Shown here in pieces: positions 9,304 to 18,721 of a DNA stretch of 64,000 nt. The notes beneath the pieces are model-generated. The model saw only the letters and a program-made list of their open reading frames with translations. It did no database searches and had not been told where the DNA came from. Positions within the stretch are counted from its first letter, which is position 1; every line of letters begins with the position of its first letter. A program made the translations under genes and the position numbers. Location: positions 8,965 to 72,964 of the forward strand of contig JAQBEH010000020.1 in NCBI GenBank assembly GCA_032124015.1, given 5' to 3'. The DNA comes from Acidobacteriota bacterium. Lineage in GTDB: Bacteria > Acidobacteriota > Polarisedimenticolia > Polarisedimenticolales > DASRJG01.

Positions 9304-9332
9304 TTGACGGTGCGGGAAATACCTCGTATATA
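9304..9332 (+). promoter_or_regulatory. Sigma-70-type promoter candidate for the transglycosylase gene (near-leaderless)
   Basis: TTGACG (9304-9309), 17-nt spacer, TATATA (9327-9332). The ATG at 9341 lies 8 nt after the -10 box with no Shine-Dalgarno. Confidence 0.4.
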
Positions 9333-9340
9333 ACGAAGCC

Positions 9341-10042
9341 ATGCGACCCCTTATCCCGGTGGTGTTGGCCGCCCTACTCGGCGGCACCTTGGTGAACGCC
9401 ACGGATCTCGTCGTCTTCGAGGACGGACGAGGCCTCAGGGTCAGCGGATTTCAACTCGCCGACGGACTCGCGCGGCTCACTCTGGAAGATGGCGGTGAAC
9501 TCGGGGTACCGATGGGTTCGATCATCGCGATCGAGCGTGCCATCGACGCGGAGGATCCCACGCCTGAAGAGGACCCGAACCGAGCGGTCGAGGCCGCCGC
9601 GATCGTCAACGATCTTCGCGCAAACGAGAAGTGGCGCCGGGCCGCCGGACGTTACGCCGACGCGATCGCCGCGGCGGCGGACCGCAATGCGCTCGATCGG
9701 GCGTTGCTGGCCGCGGTCGCCAAGGTCGAGTCCAATTTCAAGCCCTACGCCGTCTCACCGCGTGGCGCCGCGGGCATCCTCCAGTTGATGCCGGCAACGG
9801 CGAAGCGGTTCGGCGTGAGAAACGTGTTCGACGCGGAGCAGAACATCGACGGTGGGGCGCGCTATCTGCGGTGGCTCTTGGATCACTTCAACGGACGCGT
9901 CGATCTCGCCCTCGCGGGGTACAACGCCGGCGAGGGAGCGGTGGATCGCCATCACGGCGTTCCTCCCTTCGCCGAAACCGAATGGTACGTGATCAAAGTC
10001 CTCGACCACGTTGGGCAGACGAAGCCGTCGGCTCAGCGCTGA
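9341..10042 (+). CDS. Lytic transglycosylase (SLT domain) with signal peptide
   Basis: AVAKVESNFKPYAVSPRGAAGILQLMPATAKRFGV ... ALAGYNAGEGAV. The catalytic Glu-Ser motif context is typical of the SLT family. Confidence 0.85.
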   Translation: MRPLIPVVLAALLGGTLVNATDLVVFEDGRGLRVSGFQLADGLARLTLEDGGELGVPMGSIIAIERAIDAEDPTPEEDPNRAVEAAAIVNDLRANEKWRRAAGRYADAIAAAADRNALDRALLAAVAKVESNFKPYAVSPRGAAGILQLMPATAKRFGVRNVFDAEQNIDGGARYLRWLLDHFNGRVDLALAGYNAGEGAVDRHHGVPPFAETEWYVIKVLDHVGQTKPSAQR

Positions 10043-11235
10043 CGCCTCCCGAAGACGCTTCGAAGAAAAGGCAGGATCGGATCGGCGGTGATTGCCGGAG
10101 CCGGGCCGTACCCGTCCAAACGCCAGCCGGATTCTCCTTCCGGATGAAGTGACGCGGTCATGGCCGCGATCGGCGCTTCTTTCGGCTCGTCCGTCGAACG
10201 CGCCAGGCGAGCCCAGCTCTGCCTCACGAACGCGGACGACGAAACAGCGCTCCAACTCGCGTCGAACGCGCCGGGAGCAGAGGGGTCGCCGCTGAGAAGC
10301 GAACCCTCGCGCCGGGCGTCGATCGCGGATTCGAGCCGCGCGCGCGAGGACGTCACGAGCAGGATCGGACCATCGATGGCAAGAGCGATCCCGGACCCAC
10401 CGGCGCTCGGAACGAACGATCCCGTGGAGACACCACGATAGCGAACGACCTCGGCATGCTCGGTCAAGGCGCCCAGGCCAAAGAGCATGTCGAGGAGACC
10501 GGAAAGCCGGTCGGAGCGACGGAGCTCCAAGGCGAGGATCGCTTCGGCCTGGGTGTCGTCCCCGCCGTCGTAGAGTGCAAAAACCGCGGGTCCGGCCAGG
10601 TCCTCGGCGATCTCGGCGCGCACGGGGTGCCCAAGAAGCCTCTCCGCGAAATTCGCGCGATCACGCCAGGACGCCAAGACGGCGCCACCGAGTGTCGGAT
10701 CCGCCAGACGCCTGGGCATCAGTCGAATCCTGACCAGGCAGGAGGGTGTGCCGGGAACGGCCTGAAGGGCCAACGTCGCAGCAGGAATCACGTGAGTTCT
10801 GTCCAAAATGTCGAGCACCGGGGCGGGCCCGTCGAAGCTCCAGGATTCCCTCAAGCCGACCGTCGAGGTGGTCCCGGCAGCGGTTCTGGTGTCGATCGTT
10901 CCCCGCGCGGTCGCCGGAAACAACTCGGACCCGCCGGGAAAGCCCATGGCCGCCAGACGCGGTTCGAGGACTGCGCGTAGGTCGACCTCAACGTGAAGGA
11001 TCCCCTCCGCGTCGACCTGGCCCGAGCGAAGTGCCTTGGAGTTCAGCAGGGCCCGATAGAGAGGGATGCCTTGAAGGAGGGTGAGGGCCGCCTCGTCGGT
11101 CGGCCGGTCCGGGTTCGGCGGGCCGGTTTCGGGGCCGTTCGAGCCCCGGCCCGCGCAGCGCCAGAGGGTGAAAGAGGCCACGAGGAGGGCGCTCGCGAGG
11201 AACGCCACCGCCACGACGAGGGCACTCCGTTTCAA
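10033..11235 (-). CDS. Hypothetical membrane-anchored protein
   Basis: TTG 11235 is preceded by GGAAAGGAAAG. N-terminal TM ALVVAVAFLASALLVASFTLW. No family recognised. The track start (11355) would overlap the divergent gene. Confidence 0.5.
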   Translation of the reverse strand: MKRSALVVAVAFLASALLVASFTLWRCAGRGSNGPETGPPNPDRPTDEAALTLLQGIPLYRALLNSKALRSGQVDAEGILHVEVDLRAVLEPRLAAMGFPGGSELFPATARGTIDTRTAAGTTSTVGLRESWSFDGPAPVLDILDRTHVIPAATLALQAVPGTPSCLVRIRLMPRRLADPTLGGAVLASWRDRANFAERLLGHPVRAEIAEDLAGPAVFALYDGGDDTQAEAILALELRRSDRLSGLLDMLFGLGALTEHAEVVRYRGVSTGSFVPSAGGSGIALAIDGPILLVTSSRARLESAIDARREGSLLSGDPSAPGAFDASWSAVSSSAFVRQSWARLARSTDEPKEAPIAAMTASLHPEGESGWRLDGYGPAPAITADPILPFLRSVFGRRQR

Positions 11236-11344
11236 TCCACTTTCCTTTCCGGCACCGATCCCTATATTGTCCGCGATGGGCAGTATAGGTTCACGGGGTG
11301 GGCCGGGGGTGGACCTCGGGGCCCAAACGACGGTGACGACCGGG

Positions 11345-12835
11345 ATGCAGGCCAATTTCAGTAGTCAGACGCTTGCCGAGATCTTCCGCGATCTCTACGT
11401 CGGGGAGCGCTCGGGCGTCCTCGAACTGAGCCGCGGGAACATCGAGAAGCGGATCTATTTCGATCGCGGCATGATTCTGTTCGCCGAATCCGGCGCCGAC
11501 GATGAAAACCTCGGCCGCCGGCTGGTGAGCGAAGGGAAGATCTCACCCGGAGCCCTCTCGGAGGCTCGACGGAACATCAGCGAGCCCAAAGATCTCGCCC
11601 AGGCGTTGGTCAACCGCGGCCTGATCGGGAAAGAGACTCTCTCCCACACCGTGCGTTACATCGTGGAGCAAGTCATTCAGTCCGTTTTCCAATGGGAAGG
11701 CGGCACGGCGCGATTCAGCGAGGGCTGGCTCCTCCAAGAGATCTTTGAAAGCGACATCCTGCTCACGTTCGAGGTGATCCTCAAGGGGATCGGCGCGATG
11801 GTCGGCTTCGAGCCGATTCAAGCGGCGATGAAGGGGCTCGACAGCCGCCTCAAGCTGCGGCGGCCGTCACCCGTCCCTCTCGAACGAGTCGCGCTTTCGC
11901 CGGCCCACGGCTACATCCTGTCGCGCATCGACGGTAAGAGTCGCCTTCAAGACATCCTCGCGCTCCTTCCTCCGGCGGAAGAAGGTTTGGCCTGCCGGTT
12001 CCTGTATGGGCTTCTCGTGCTGGGTGTGGTCTGTTACGACCCGCCGGTTGGGGAAGCGGCGTTTCGGATCACCACCATCCTGCGGGACCACGCGGACACG
12101 GTCGCCCTCGAAGGCTTGCAAGAGCGCATGGTCCTCGAGACCTACGCCGCGATGAGGAACAAAAACCCGCACGAGGTTCTGGGGCTCCCTTCGGGCGCGT
12201 CGCGCGACACGATAGAAAGCGCCTACGAAGAGGCCAAAGACCGGTTCAGCCGGGACCGGATCCTGCCCCGCATCCGGGAACGCCTCCGCGCGGAGCTAGC
12301 CGTCATCGAGAGCCGGTTCGTCGAGGCGTACCTGACGCTCGTGCAGGCACGGGCCAACGACCACGGGCCAAGGCCCGAAGACGGAGCTGACGCAAAGGAA
12401 CCGCAGGGCATGGATGATTTCCTCGTCCGGATCGAAATGGACAAGACCAAGACGAAGGTCGCAATCGAGGAAAATGCCAAGCTCGCGGAGTCCTACTTCT
12501 CCCAGGCCAAGAAGTTCATGCGAGAAGGGGACCCCTACAACGCCATCCAGTACGGGAAGCTGGCGATCAGCTACAGCCCCGACGAAGCCCGATTCTATTT
12601 TCTCCTCGCCGAATGCCAGGTCAAGAATCCGGACGCTCGCTGGCAACGCCTGGCTGAGCAGAACTACCTCGAGGCGGCCCGGCAGGACCAGTGGAACGCC
12701 GAGTACCGGATCACGCTGGGCCGTTTCTACAAACGGCGCGGACTGAAGCTCAGGGCTAAAAAGCAGTTTGAGGAGGCTCTCACGCTCGCTCCCACCCACG
12801 AAGGCGCGCTCAAGGAGCTCCAGTCCGTCTCGTGA
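11345..12835 (+). CDS. DUF4388 (PATAN-like) domain protein with J-like domain lacking HPD and C-terminal TPR repeats
   Basis: N-terminus LAEIFRDLYVGERSGVLELSRGNIEKRIYFDRGMILFAESG (DUF4388 signature). NPHEVLGLPSGASRDTIESAYEEAKDRFSRD is J-domain helix I-II-like but no HPD tripeptide follows. The C-terminus has TPR-like AIQYGKLAISYSPDEARFYFLLAECQ. ATG 11345 was chosen; ATG 11275 is an alternative. Confidence 0.65.
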   Translation: MQANFSSQTLAEIFRDLYVGERSGVLELSRGNIEKRIYFDRGMILFAESGADDENLGRRLVSEGKISPGALSEARRNISEPKDLAQALVNRGLIGKETLSHTVRYIVEQVIQSVFQWEGGTARFSEGWLLQEIFESDILLTFEVILKGIGAMVGFEPIQAAMKGLDSRLKLRRPSPVPLERVALSPAHGYILSRIDGKSRLQDILALLPPAEEGLACRFLYGLLVLGVVCYDPPVGEAAFRITTILRDHADTVALEGLQERMVLETYAAMRNKNPHEVLGLPSGASRDTIESAYEEAKDRFSRDRILPRIRERLRAELAVIESRFVEAYLTLVQARANDHGPRPEDGADAKEPQGMDDFLVRIEMDKTKTKVAIEENAKLAESYFSQAKKFMREGDPYNAIQYGKLAISYSPDEARFYFLLAECQVKNPDARWQRLAEQNYLEAARQDQWNAEYRITLGRFYKRRGLKLRAKKQFEEALTLAPTHEGALKELQSVS

Positions 12836-12863
12836 TCGACGCCCTCCCCGGCCCGCGCGTTGC

Positions 12864-12891
12864 TTGACAGAGGCCTCCTCCCTGGTATAAT
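12864..12891 (+). promoter_or_regulatory. Near-consensus sigma-70 promoter (with extended -10) for yceD-rpmF-fab operon
   Basis: TTGACA (12864-12869), 16-nt spacer, TGgTATAAT (TG 12883-12884, TATAAT 12886-12891). GGAAG Shine-Dalgarno lies before ATG 12913. Confidence 0.6.
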
Positions 12892-12912
12892 CCGCGTTTC
12901 TCCGGAAGCGAA

Positions 12913-13413
12913 ATGTTCATTGATATCAACACAATAGGGACCGAGGGCCTCTCGTTTCAGCGTTCCGTCCGCCTTCACGGGCTGGAAGGGCCGAGCCGAG
13001 AGAGCATCCCCGACCTCGAGGCGCAACTGGAAGGTACGGTCAGCCCCGTGCCCGGCGGTGCTGAGTTGAAAGCCCGTATCGGAGCGACGGTTCCTCTGAT
13101 GTGCAGCCGTTGTCTCGAGACCTTCTCGTGGGACATCCGGATGGCCTTTGCTTGGAAGGTCTTGAAAACATCGACGGACGACGATGCCTCGGTCCTCGTT
13201 GCCCCCGAAGGCAAGATCGGTCTCGAGGATCTCGCGACGGAACAGCTGTACCTCAATCTTCCCCTGAAGCCTATTTGTTCGCCGTCATGCCTCGGGCTGT
13301 GCCCCACGTGCGGGACGAACAAGAATCTGAGCGCGTGCGAATGCGTGCCCGATGACGTCGATCCGCGGTTGGCCCCGCTTCTCCCGTTCAGACGAAAAAC
13401 GAAAGACTCCTAA
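12913..13413 (+). CDS. yceD: YceD/DUF177 family protein (large-subunit rRNA accumulation protein)
   Basis: CSRCLETF ... CSPSCLGLCPTCGTNKNLSACEC Cys motifs, and the conserved position immediately upstream of rpmF. Confidence 0.8.
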   Translation: MFIDINTIGTEGLSFQRSVRLHGLEGPSRESIPDLEAQLEGTVSPVPGGAELKARIGATVPLMCSRCLETFSWDIRMAFAWKVLKTSTDDDASVLVAPEGKIGLEDLATEQLYLNLPLKPICSPSCLGLCPTCGTNKNLSACECVPDDVDPRLAPLLPFRRKTKDS

Positions 13414-13466
13414 GAGCGACAGAGCGAATCCCGGACTCCCGGGGCGTCTGCGTGAGGTCATAGACG

Positions 13467-13649
13467 ATGCCGAATCCAAAACGACGCCACTCCAGGGCCC
13501 GCCGCGATAAGCGGCGTGCGCACGACGCGCTTGCGCAACCCGGAACATCGGTGTGCACGAACTGCCAGGAGCGCAAGCTGCCGCATCGCGTGTGCCCGCA
13601 TTGCGGCCACTACAAAGGTCGCGAGGTCGTCGAGCCCCCGTCCGCCTAG
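13467..13649 (+). CDS. rpmF: 50S ribosomal protein L32
   Basis: MPNPKRRHSRARRDKRRAHDAL...CTNCQERKLPHRVCPHCGHYKGREV. Confidence 0.95.
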   Translation: MPNPKRRHSRARRDKRRAHDALAQPGTSVCTNCQERKLPHRVCPHCGHYKGREVVEPPSA

Positions 13650-13695
13650 GGGTCTGCGCTGGGCCTTTAGCGTCTGGGCCCGCGGAGGGGGAGCG

Positions 13696-14682
13696 ATGGG
13701 GACTCGTAGCGCGATCATCACGGGAACGGGTACGAGCGTGCCCTCCCGCATCATGACCAATAGCGACCTGGAAAAGATCGTCGATACCAGCGACGAGTGG
13801 ATCCAGAGCCGAACGGGTATCAGCGAGAGGCGGATCGCGATGCCGCACGAGGCGGTCTCGGAGTTCGCCGAGGCGGCCGCCCGCAACGCGCTCGAAATGG
13901 CCGGCGTGGCCCCGAACAACGTCGACCTCATCATCTGCGCTACGGTCACGCCGGACGCACCGATTCCGGCAACGGCGTGCCTGCTCCAGCATCGGCTCGG
14001 ATGCCACCACGCGGCGGCGTTCGACATGCAGGCGGGGTGCTCGGGTTTCATCTACGCGCAATCGGTCGCAAAGCAATTCATCGTCAGCGGTCGGTGCCGC
14101 AACGTGTTGGTCATCGGCGCGGAACTGCTCAGCAAGTTCCTCGACTGGACCGACCGCACGACCTGCGTGATCTTCGCCGACGGCGCCGGCGCCGTCGTGA
14201 TGAGCGAAGGGAGCCTCCCCCAGGGCATCCTCGCCTCCGCCCTGCACTCGGACGGGAGCATGAGCGACTTCATCAGCATGGAGGGGGGCGGATCGATGCA
14301 CCCCGCCAGCGAAGAGACTGTGGCGAAGGGGATGCACTTCATCCGCATGCGCGGGAACGAAACCTTCAAGATCGCCGTGCGCTCGCTCGAGGACGTCTCG
14401 CGCGAGGTCCTTTTGGCGGCAGGGCTCACCCCCAACGACGTTTCGTGGTTCATTCCCCATCAAGCCAACCAGCGGATCATCAGCGCCGTCGGGGAGCGCC
14501 TGGGAATCCCGCCGGAACGTTGCTACGTCAACATCGACCGCTTCGGAAACACTTCGGCGGCTTCGATTCCAATCGCGCTCGACGAAGCGGTGCGAGCCGG
14601 CAAGGTCCAGCGGGGCGACATCATTCTCATGGCGGCCTTCGGAGCCGGCCTCACCTGGGCGGCCAGCGCGGTGCGCTGGTGA
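13696..14682 (+). CDS. fabH: 3-oxoacyl-ACP synthase III (KAS III)
   Basis: MGTRSAIITGTGTSVPSRIMTNSDLEKIVDTSDEWIQSRTGISERR; active-site context AGCSGF; HQANQRI; GNTSAASIP. Confidence 0.95.
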   Translation: MGTRSAIITGTGTSVPSRIMTNSDLEKIVDTSDEWIQSRTGISERRIAMPHEAVSEFAEAAARNALEMAGVAPNNVDLIICATVTPDAPIPATACLLQHRLGCHHAAAFDMQAGCSGFIYAQSVAKQFIVSGRCRNVLVIGAELLSKFLDWTDRTTCVIFADGAGAVVMSEGSLPQGILASALHSDGSMSDFISMEGGGSMHPASEETVAKGMHFIRMRGNETFKIAVRSLEDVSREVLLAAGLTPNDVSWFIPHQANQRIISAVGERLGIPPERCYVNIDRFGNTSAASIPIALDEAVRAGKVQRGDIILMAAFGAGLTWAASAVRW

Positions 14683-15617
14683 GGCCTTTCGCGGCGCTGT
14701 TTCCGGGTCAAGGATCGCAGTACCCCGGGATGGGGAAGGACCTTGCCGCGACCGAGCCCTCCGCGGCGGCGGTCTTCCACGCCGCGGACGAGGCGTTGGG
14801 TTTCTCTCTGTCCGGTTTGTGCTTCGCGGGTCCCGAAACGGAGCTCGTCCGCACCGAGATCACCCAGCCCGCAATCCTCACCGTCGCGATCGCCGCCTTC
14901 CGGGCGTTTGAGGCGCGTGGCGGAACGTCGCCGGTCGCGGCCGCGGGTCACAGCCTCGGCGAGTACGCGGCCCACGTGGCCGCCAAGACCCTGACGTTCG
15001 ACGACGCCGTCCGGATCGTCCGGGAACGCGGACGGTTCATGCAAGAGGCCGTCCCGGAGGGGAACGGCGCGATGGCGGCGATCCTCGGCCTCGATCGCCC
15101 CGCCGTCGAACGGTTATGCGCGCAGGCCGAAGACGGCGAGATCGTGAGCTGCGCCAACGCGAATGGTCCCGGTCAGATCGTGATCGCCGGCCACGCCGCC
15201 GCCGTGAAACGGGCATGCGAGGCCGCGCTCGCCGGGGGTGCCTCTCGAGCGATTCCGTTGCCGGTGAGCGCACCGTTCCATTGCGCCCTGATGGAACCCG
15301 CGGCCCGGCGCCTGTCGGTGGTCCTCGAATCCGTGACGTTTTGCGATCCGTCGATTCCGGTGTACACCAACGTCGATGCCGCGATCGTGTCGACCGGTGC
15401 GGCCTCCCGCGACGCTCTCGCGCGGCAGGTGGTGTCGTCGGTCCGGTGGGAGGAGGAGATCCTGAGGATGGCCCAAGACGGGATCGATACGTTCGTCGAG
15501 TTCGGCCCGGGACGGGTCCTGTCCGGCCTCGTGCGACGGATCCGAAAGGATCTCAGCGTTCTTTCCGTGTCGGACGCCGCGGGGCTCGCCGCGGCGCTCC
15601 AGGCGCTCGAGAGTTGA
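14679..15617 (+). CDS. fabD: Malonyl-CoA:ACP transacylase
   Basis: The GTG start overlaps the fabH stop (GTGA). FPGQGSQYPGMGKDL; GHSLGEYAAHVAA (active-site Ser). Confidence 0.9.
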   Translation: MRPFAALFPGQGSQYPGMGKDLAATEPSAAAVFHAADEALGFSLSGLCFAGPETELVRTEITQPAILTVAIAAFRAFEARGGTSPVAAAGHSLGEYAAHVAAKTLTFDDAVRIVRERGRFMQEAVPEGNGAMAAILGLDRPAVERLCAQAEDGEIVSCANANGPGQIVIAGHAAAVKRACEAALAGGASRAIPLPVSAPFHCALMEPAARRLSVVLESVTFCDPSIPVYTNVDAAIVSTGAASRDALARQVVSSVRWEEEILRMAQDGIDTFVEFGPGRVLSGLVRRIRKDLSVLSVSDAAGLAAALQALES

Positions 15618-15619
15618 AC

Positions 15620-16366
15620 ATGGACGGTATGTTCGAGGGAAAGGTGGCGCTCGTCACGGGAGCGTCGCGAGGGATCGGACGTGCGATCGCCATGGCGCTT
15701 GCGGCGCGCGGGGCGACGGCGATCGTCACGGCGCGTTCTGCTGAGGCCGCGGGTCGAACCGCCGACGACATCGTGGCGAAAGGAGGGCGCGCGCGGCCGC
15801 TCGTGCTCGACATCGCGGACGATCGATCGGTCGACGCCGCAATGGCGGACCTCCTGAAGGAACATGCTACAATCCCGCTCCTCGTGAACAATGCTGGAAT
15901 CACCCGGGACAACCTCCTGATGCGGATGAAGAAGGAGGATTGGAACGAGGTGATCGACACGAATCTCTCAGGGGTCTATCGCATCTGTCGTTCGCTGGTC
16001 CCCTCCATGGTGAAAGCGCGGTACGGACGAATCGTGAACATCACCTCGGTGGTTGCTCGCATAGGAAACCCAGGCCAGGCGAACTACGCCGCGGCGAAAG
16101 CCGGAACGGAAGGGTTTACCCGCTCGCTGGCCCGGGAGTTGGCCTCCCGGAACATCACGGTGAACTGCGTGGCCCCGGGATTCGTCGAAACCGACATGAC
16201 GGCGGCGCTGACCGAGGCTCAACGCGAGGCGCTTCTGGCGCAAGTCCCCCTGAAACGTCTCGGCCGGCCGGAGGACGTCGCCGCGGGGGTGACGTACCTT
16301 CTCAGCGAACACGCCTCTTACGTGACCGGAATTACCTTGGATATCAACGGCGGAATGTACATGTGA
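15620..16366 (+). CDS. fabG: 3-oxoacyl-ACP reductase
   Basis: [17 protein letters not shown]; NNAGITRD; YAAAKAG (SDR YxxxK); [16 protein letters not shown]. Confidence 0.9.
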   Translation: MDGMFEGKVALVTGASRGIGRAIAMALAARGATAIVTARSAEAAGRTADDIVAKGGRARPLVLDIADDRSVDAAMADLLKEHATIPLLVNNAGITRDNLLMRMKKEDWNEVIDTNLSGVYRICRSLVPSMVKARYGRIVNITSVVARIGNPGQANYAAAKAGTEGFTRSLARELASRNITVNCVAPGFVETDMTAALTEAQREALLAQVPLKRLGRPEDVAAGVTYLLSEHASYVTGITLDINGGMYM

Positions 16367-16433
16367 GTGGGCTCCGCGATCGGACCGCAGCAGCGGACCC
16401 AATCGCGATTTATTGCGACGGAGGATCAGAGCG

Positions 16434-16673
16434 ATGGCTTCCATCGAAGACAAGGTCAAGAACATCATCGTTGAGCAGTTGGGTGTCGACGAAAAAGAGG
16501 TCAAGCCCGAGGCCCACTTCGTGGACGATCTGGGGGCTGATTCCCTCGATGTCGTCGAGCTCGTCATGGCTCTCGAAGAAGAATTCAAACTCGAGATCAG
16601 CGACGAAGACGCCGAAAAGCTCACGACCGTGAAGCAGGCCATCGACTACATCGGGGCCCACGCCAAGGCCTGA
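16434..16673 (+). CDS. acpP: Acyl carrier protein
   Basis: [23 protein letters not shown]...[21 protein letters not shown] (DSL phosphopantetheine site). Confidence 0.95.
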   Translation: MASIEDKVKNIIVEQLGVDEKEVKPEAHFVDDLGADSLDVVELVMALEEEFKLEISDEDAEKLTTVKQAIDYIGAHAKA

Positions 16674-16675
16674 GC

Positions 16676-17917
16676 GTGCGCCGCCGCGTCGTCATCACCG
16701 GGGTGGGGATCGTCTCTCCGCTCGGCCTCGACACGCCGTCCACCTGGGCGGCGCTCGTCGCCGGCAAGAGCGGTATCGGGCCGATCACCAAATTCGACGT
16801 CTCCGCGTTCTCGTGCCGGATCGGGGGCGAGGTGCGGGGCTTCGAACCCGACAACTACATCGACCGGAAAGAAGTCAAGAAGATGGATACCTTTATCCAC
16901 TTTGCGATCGCCGCGTCGAAAGAAGCGATGGCCGATTCCGGTCTGAAGGTCGATGAGGGCAACGCCCCACGCGTCGGGGTCTACATCGGTTCGGGCATCG
17001 GGGGCATGCCCCTTTTCGAAGAAACCCACAGGCTCTATCTCGAGAAGGGGCCGCGCAGGATTTCGCCGTTTTTCATTCCCGGAATGATCGTCAACCTCGC
17101 TGCGGGTCACGTCTCGATCCTCTTCGGCGCCAAGGGCCCCAACCTGGCCTGCGCGACCGCGTGCGCCACGGGGAATCACGCGATCGGAGAGGCCATGCGG
17201 CTCATCCGCGAGGATTACGCCGACGCGATGATCGCCGGCGGGACCGACGCGGTCATCGTCCCGTTGGCCGTCGGAGGATTCTGCGCCATGAAGGCGCTCT
17301 CGACGCGCAACGACGAACCCGAGAGGGCGTCCCGCCCGTTTGACGCCGGCCGCGACGGATTCGTGATCGGCGAGGGCGCGGGAATCCTCGTGCTCGAAGA
17401 GCGGGAAAGCGCGATCGCACGGGGGGCGCCGATCTACGCGGAGATCGCGGGATACGGTATGTCCGGCGACGCGTACCACATCTCCGCGCCGTCCCCGGAC
17501 GGCGACGGGGCGGCCCGCGCGATGCGCGGCGCACTCCGCGACGCCGGCATAGAGCCGACCGAGGTCGATTACATCAACGCGCACGGAACCTCCACCCCGG
17601 TCGGCGACGCGATCGAGACTCTCGCCGTGAAGACCGTCTTCGGGCCTCACGCGCCCAAGATGGCCGTCGCTTCGACGAAGTCGATGACGGGCCATCTTCT
17701 CGGAGCGTCCGGAGGGTTGGAGAGCGCGATCACCGCCTTGGCGGTGCGCGACGGGATCGTACCGCCCACGATAAATTACGAAACACCCGACCCCTCCTGC
17801 GACCTCGACTGCGTTCCCAACACCGCGCGCCGGATGCCGATCCGGGCAGCGCTCAACAACTCCTTCGGATTCGGAGGCACGAACGCTTCGCTCCTGCTGA
17901 AGCGGCACGACGCCTGA
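16676..17917 (+). CDS. fabF: 3-oxoacyl-ACP synthase II (KAS II)
   Basis: [15 protein letters not shown]; [12 protein letters not shown]; [11 protein letters not shown]; [13 protein letters not shown]. Confidence 0.95.
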   Translation: MRRRVVITGVGIVSPLGLDTPSTWAALVAGKSGIGPITKFDVSAFSCRIGGEVRGFEPDNYIDRKEVKKMDTFIHFAIAASKEAMADSGLKVDEGNAPRVGVYIGSGIGGMPLFEETHRLYLEKGPRRISPFFIPGMIVNLAAGHVSILFGAKGPNLACATACATGNHAIGEAMRLIREDYADAMIAGGTDAVIVPLAVGGFCAMKALSTRNDEPERASRPFDAGRDGFVIGEGAGILVLEERESAIARGAPIYAEIAGYGMSGDAYHISAPSPDGDGAARAMRGALRDAGIEPTEVDYINAHGTSTPVGDAIETLAVKTVFGPHAPKMAVASTKSMTGHLLGASGGLESAITALAVRDGIVPPTINYETPDPSCDLDCVPNTARRMPIRAALNNSFGFGGTNASLLLKRHDA

Positions 17918-17947
17918 GTCCAGGGGGAGCCCCCTTTCGGTGAACTT

Positions 17948-18721
17948 ATGAAAATTCTGGTCTGCATCAAACACGTCCCCGACACGGAGGCAAGAATCAA
18001 GGTCGGACCGGACGGGAAGAACCCCGATCTCGCCGGCGTCAAGATGACCGTCTCCCCGTTCGACGAGTACGCCCTCGAAGAGGCGCTGCTCATCAAGGAG
18101 GCCGGGGGCGCGAGCGAGGTCGTCGTTCTGGGAGCGGGCGATGACGGTGTTCAAGGATCGCTTCGACAGGCGCTCGCGATGGGCGCCGACCGGGCGATTC
18201 ACGCAAGCGGCGAGTCCTTGGCGACCGCGGATGCCTTGACCCGCGCGCGCGTTTTGGCGGCGGCGATCCGCGAGGAGAGCCCTGATCTCGTCTTCACCGG
18301 AAAAACCGGAGTCGGCGACGACGAGGGGCAGGTCGGTCCGATGCTCGGGGAACTCCTGGATCGTCCGCATGCGGGCGCCGTGTTCGAGCTCTCCCTGGCC
18401 GGCACGCGTTTCACCGCCCAGCGCGGCATCGAGGGTGCGGTCGAGGTCGTCGAGGGCGAGCTCCCTGCCGTCATCGCTTGGGACAAGGGGGAGCACGCGC
18501 CGCGCTACCCTTCGCTCCGCGGCATCATGGCCGCCAAGAAGAAGCCCTTCGCCACGCGGACGACGGCCGAGCTTGGCGTGACGATTCCCGTTCCCTTGGT
18601 GGTCCGCGAGGCGCTCGAACTGCCGCCGGCGCGTCCGGCGGGACGTCTCCTCACGGGAGACCCGGCCGAAGCCGCGAGCACGTTGGCGCGCTTGCTGCGC
18701 GAAGAAGCGAAGGTGATCTGA
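17948..18721 (+). CDS. etfB: Electron transfer flavoprotein beta subunit
   Basis: MKILVCIKHVPDTEARIKV...VSPFDEYALEEAL... Confidence 0.9.
   Translation: MKILVCIKHVPDTEARIKVGPDGKNPDLAGVKMTVSPFDEYALEEALLIKEAGGASEVVVLGAGDDGVQGSLRQALAMGADRAIHASGESLATADALTRARVLAAAIREESPDLVFTGKTGVGDDEGQVGPMLGELLDRPHAGAVFELSLAGTRFTAQRGIEGAVEVVEGELPAVIAWDKGEHAPRYPSLRGIMAAKKKPFATRTTAELGVTIPVPLVVREALELPPARPAGRLLTGDPAEAASTLARLLREEAKVI

Noticed and set aside
13285-15617. Long alternate-frame ORFs over the fab genes (13285..14463 minus; the 5-prime extension of 13797..15617)
   Set aside because: They overlap fabH in other frames. Only the portion from GTG 14679 matches FabD; the rest is open reading frame by GC bias.
16893-16900. 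DnaA-box-like TTATCCAC
   Set aside because: It is a single occurrence inside the fabF coding sequence. There is no cluster, no AT-rich unwinding element and no dnaA/dnaN nearby, so it is not an origin.
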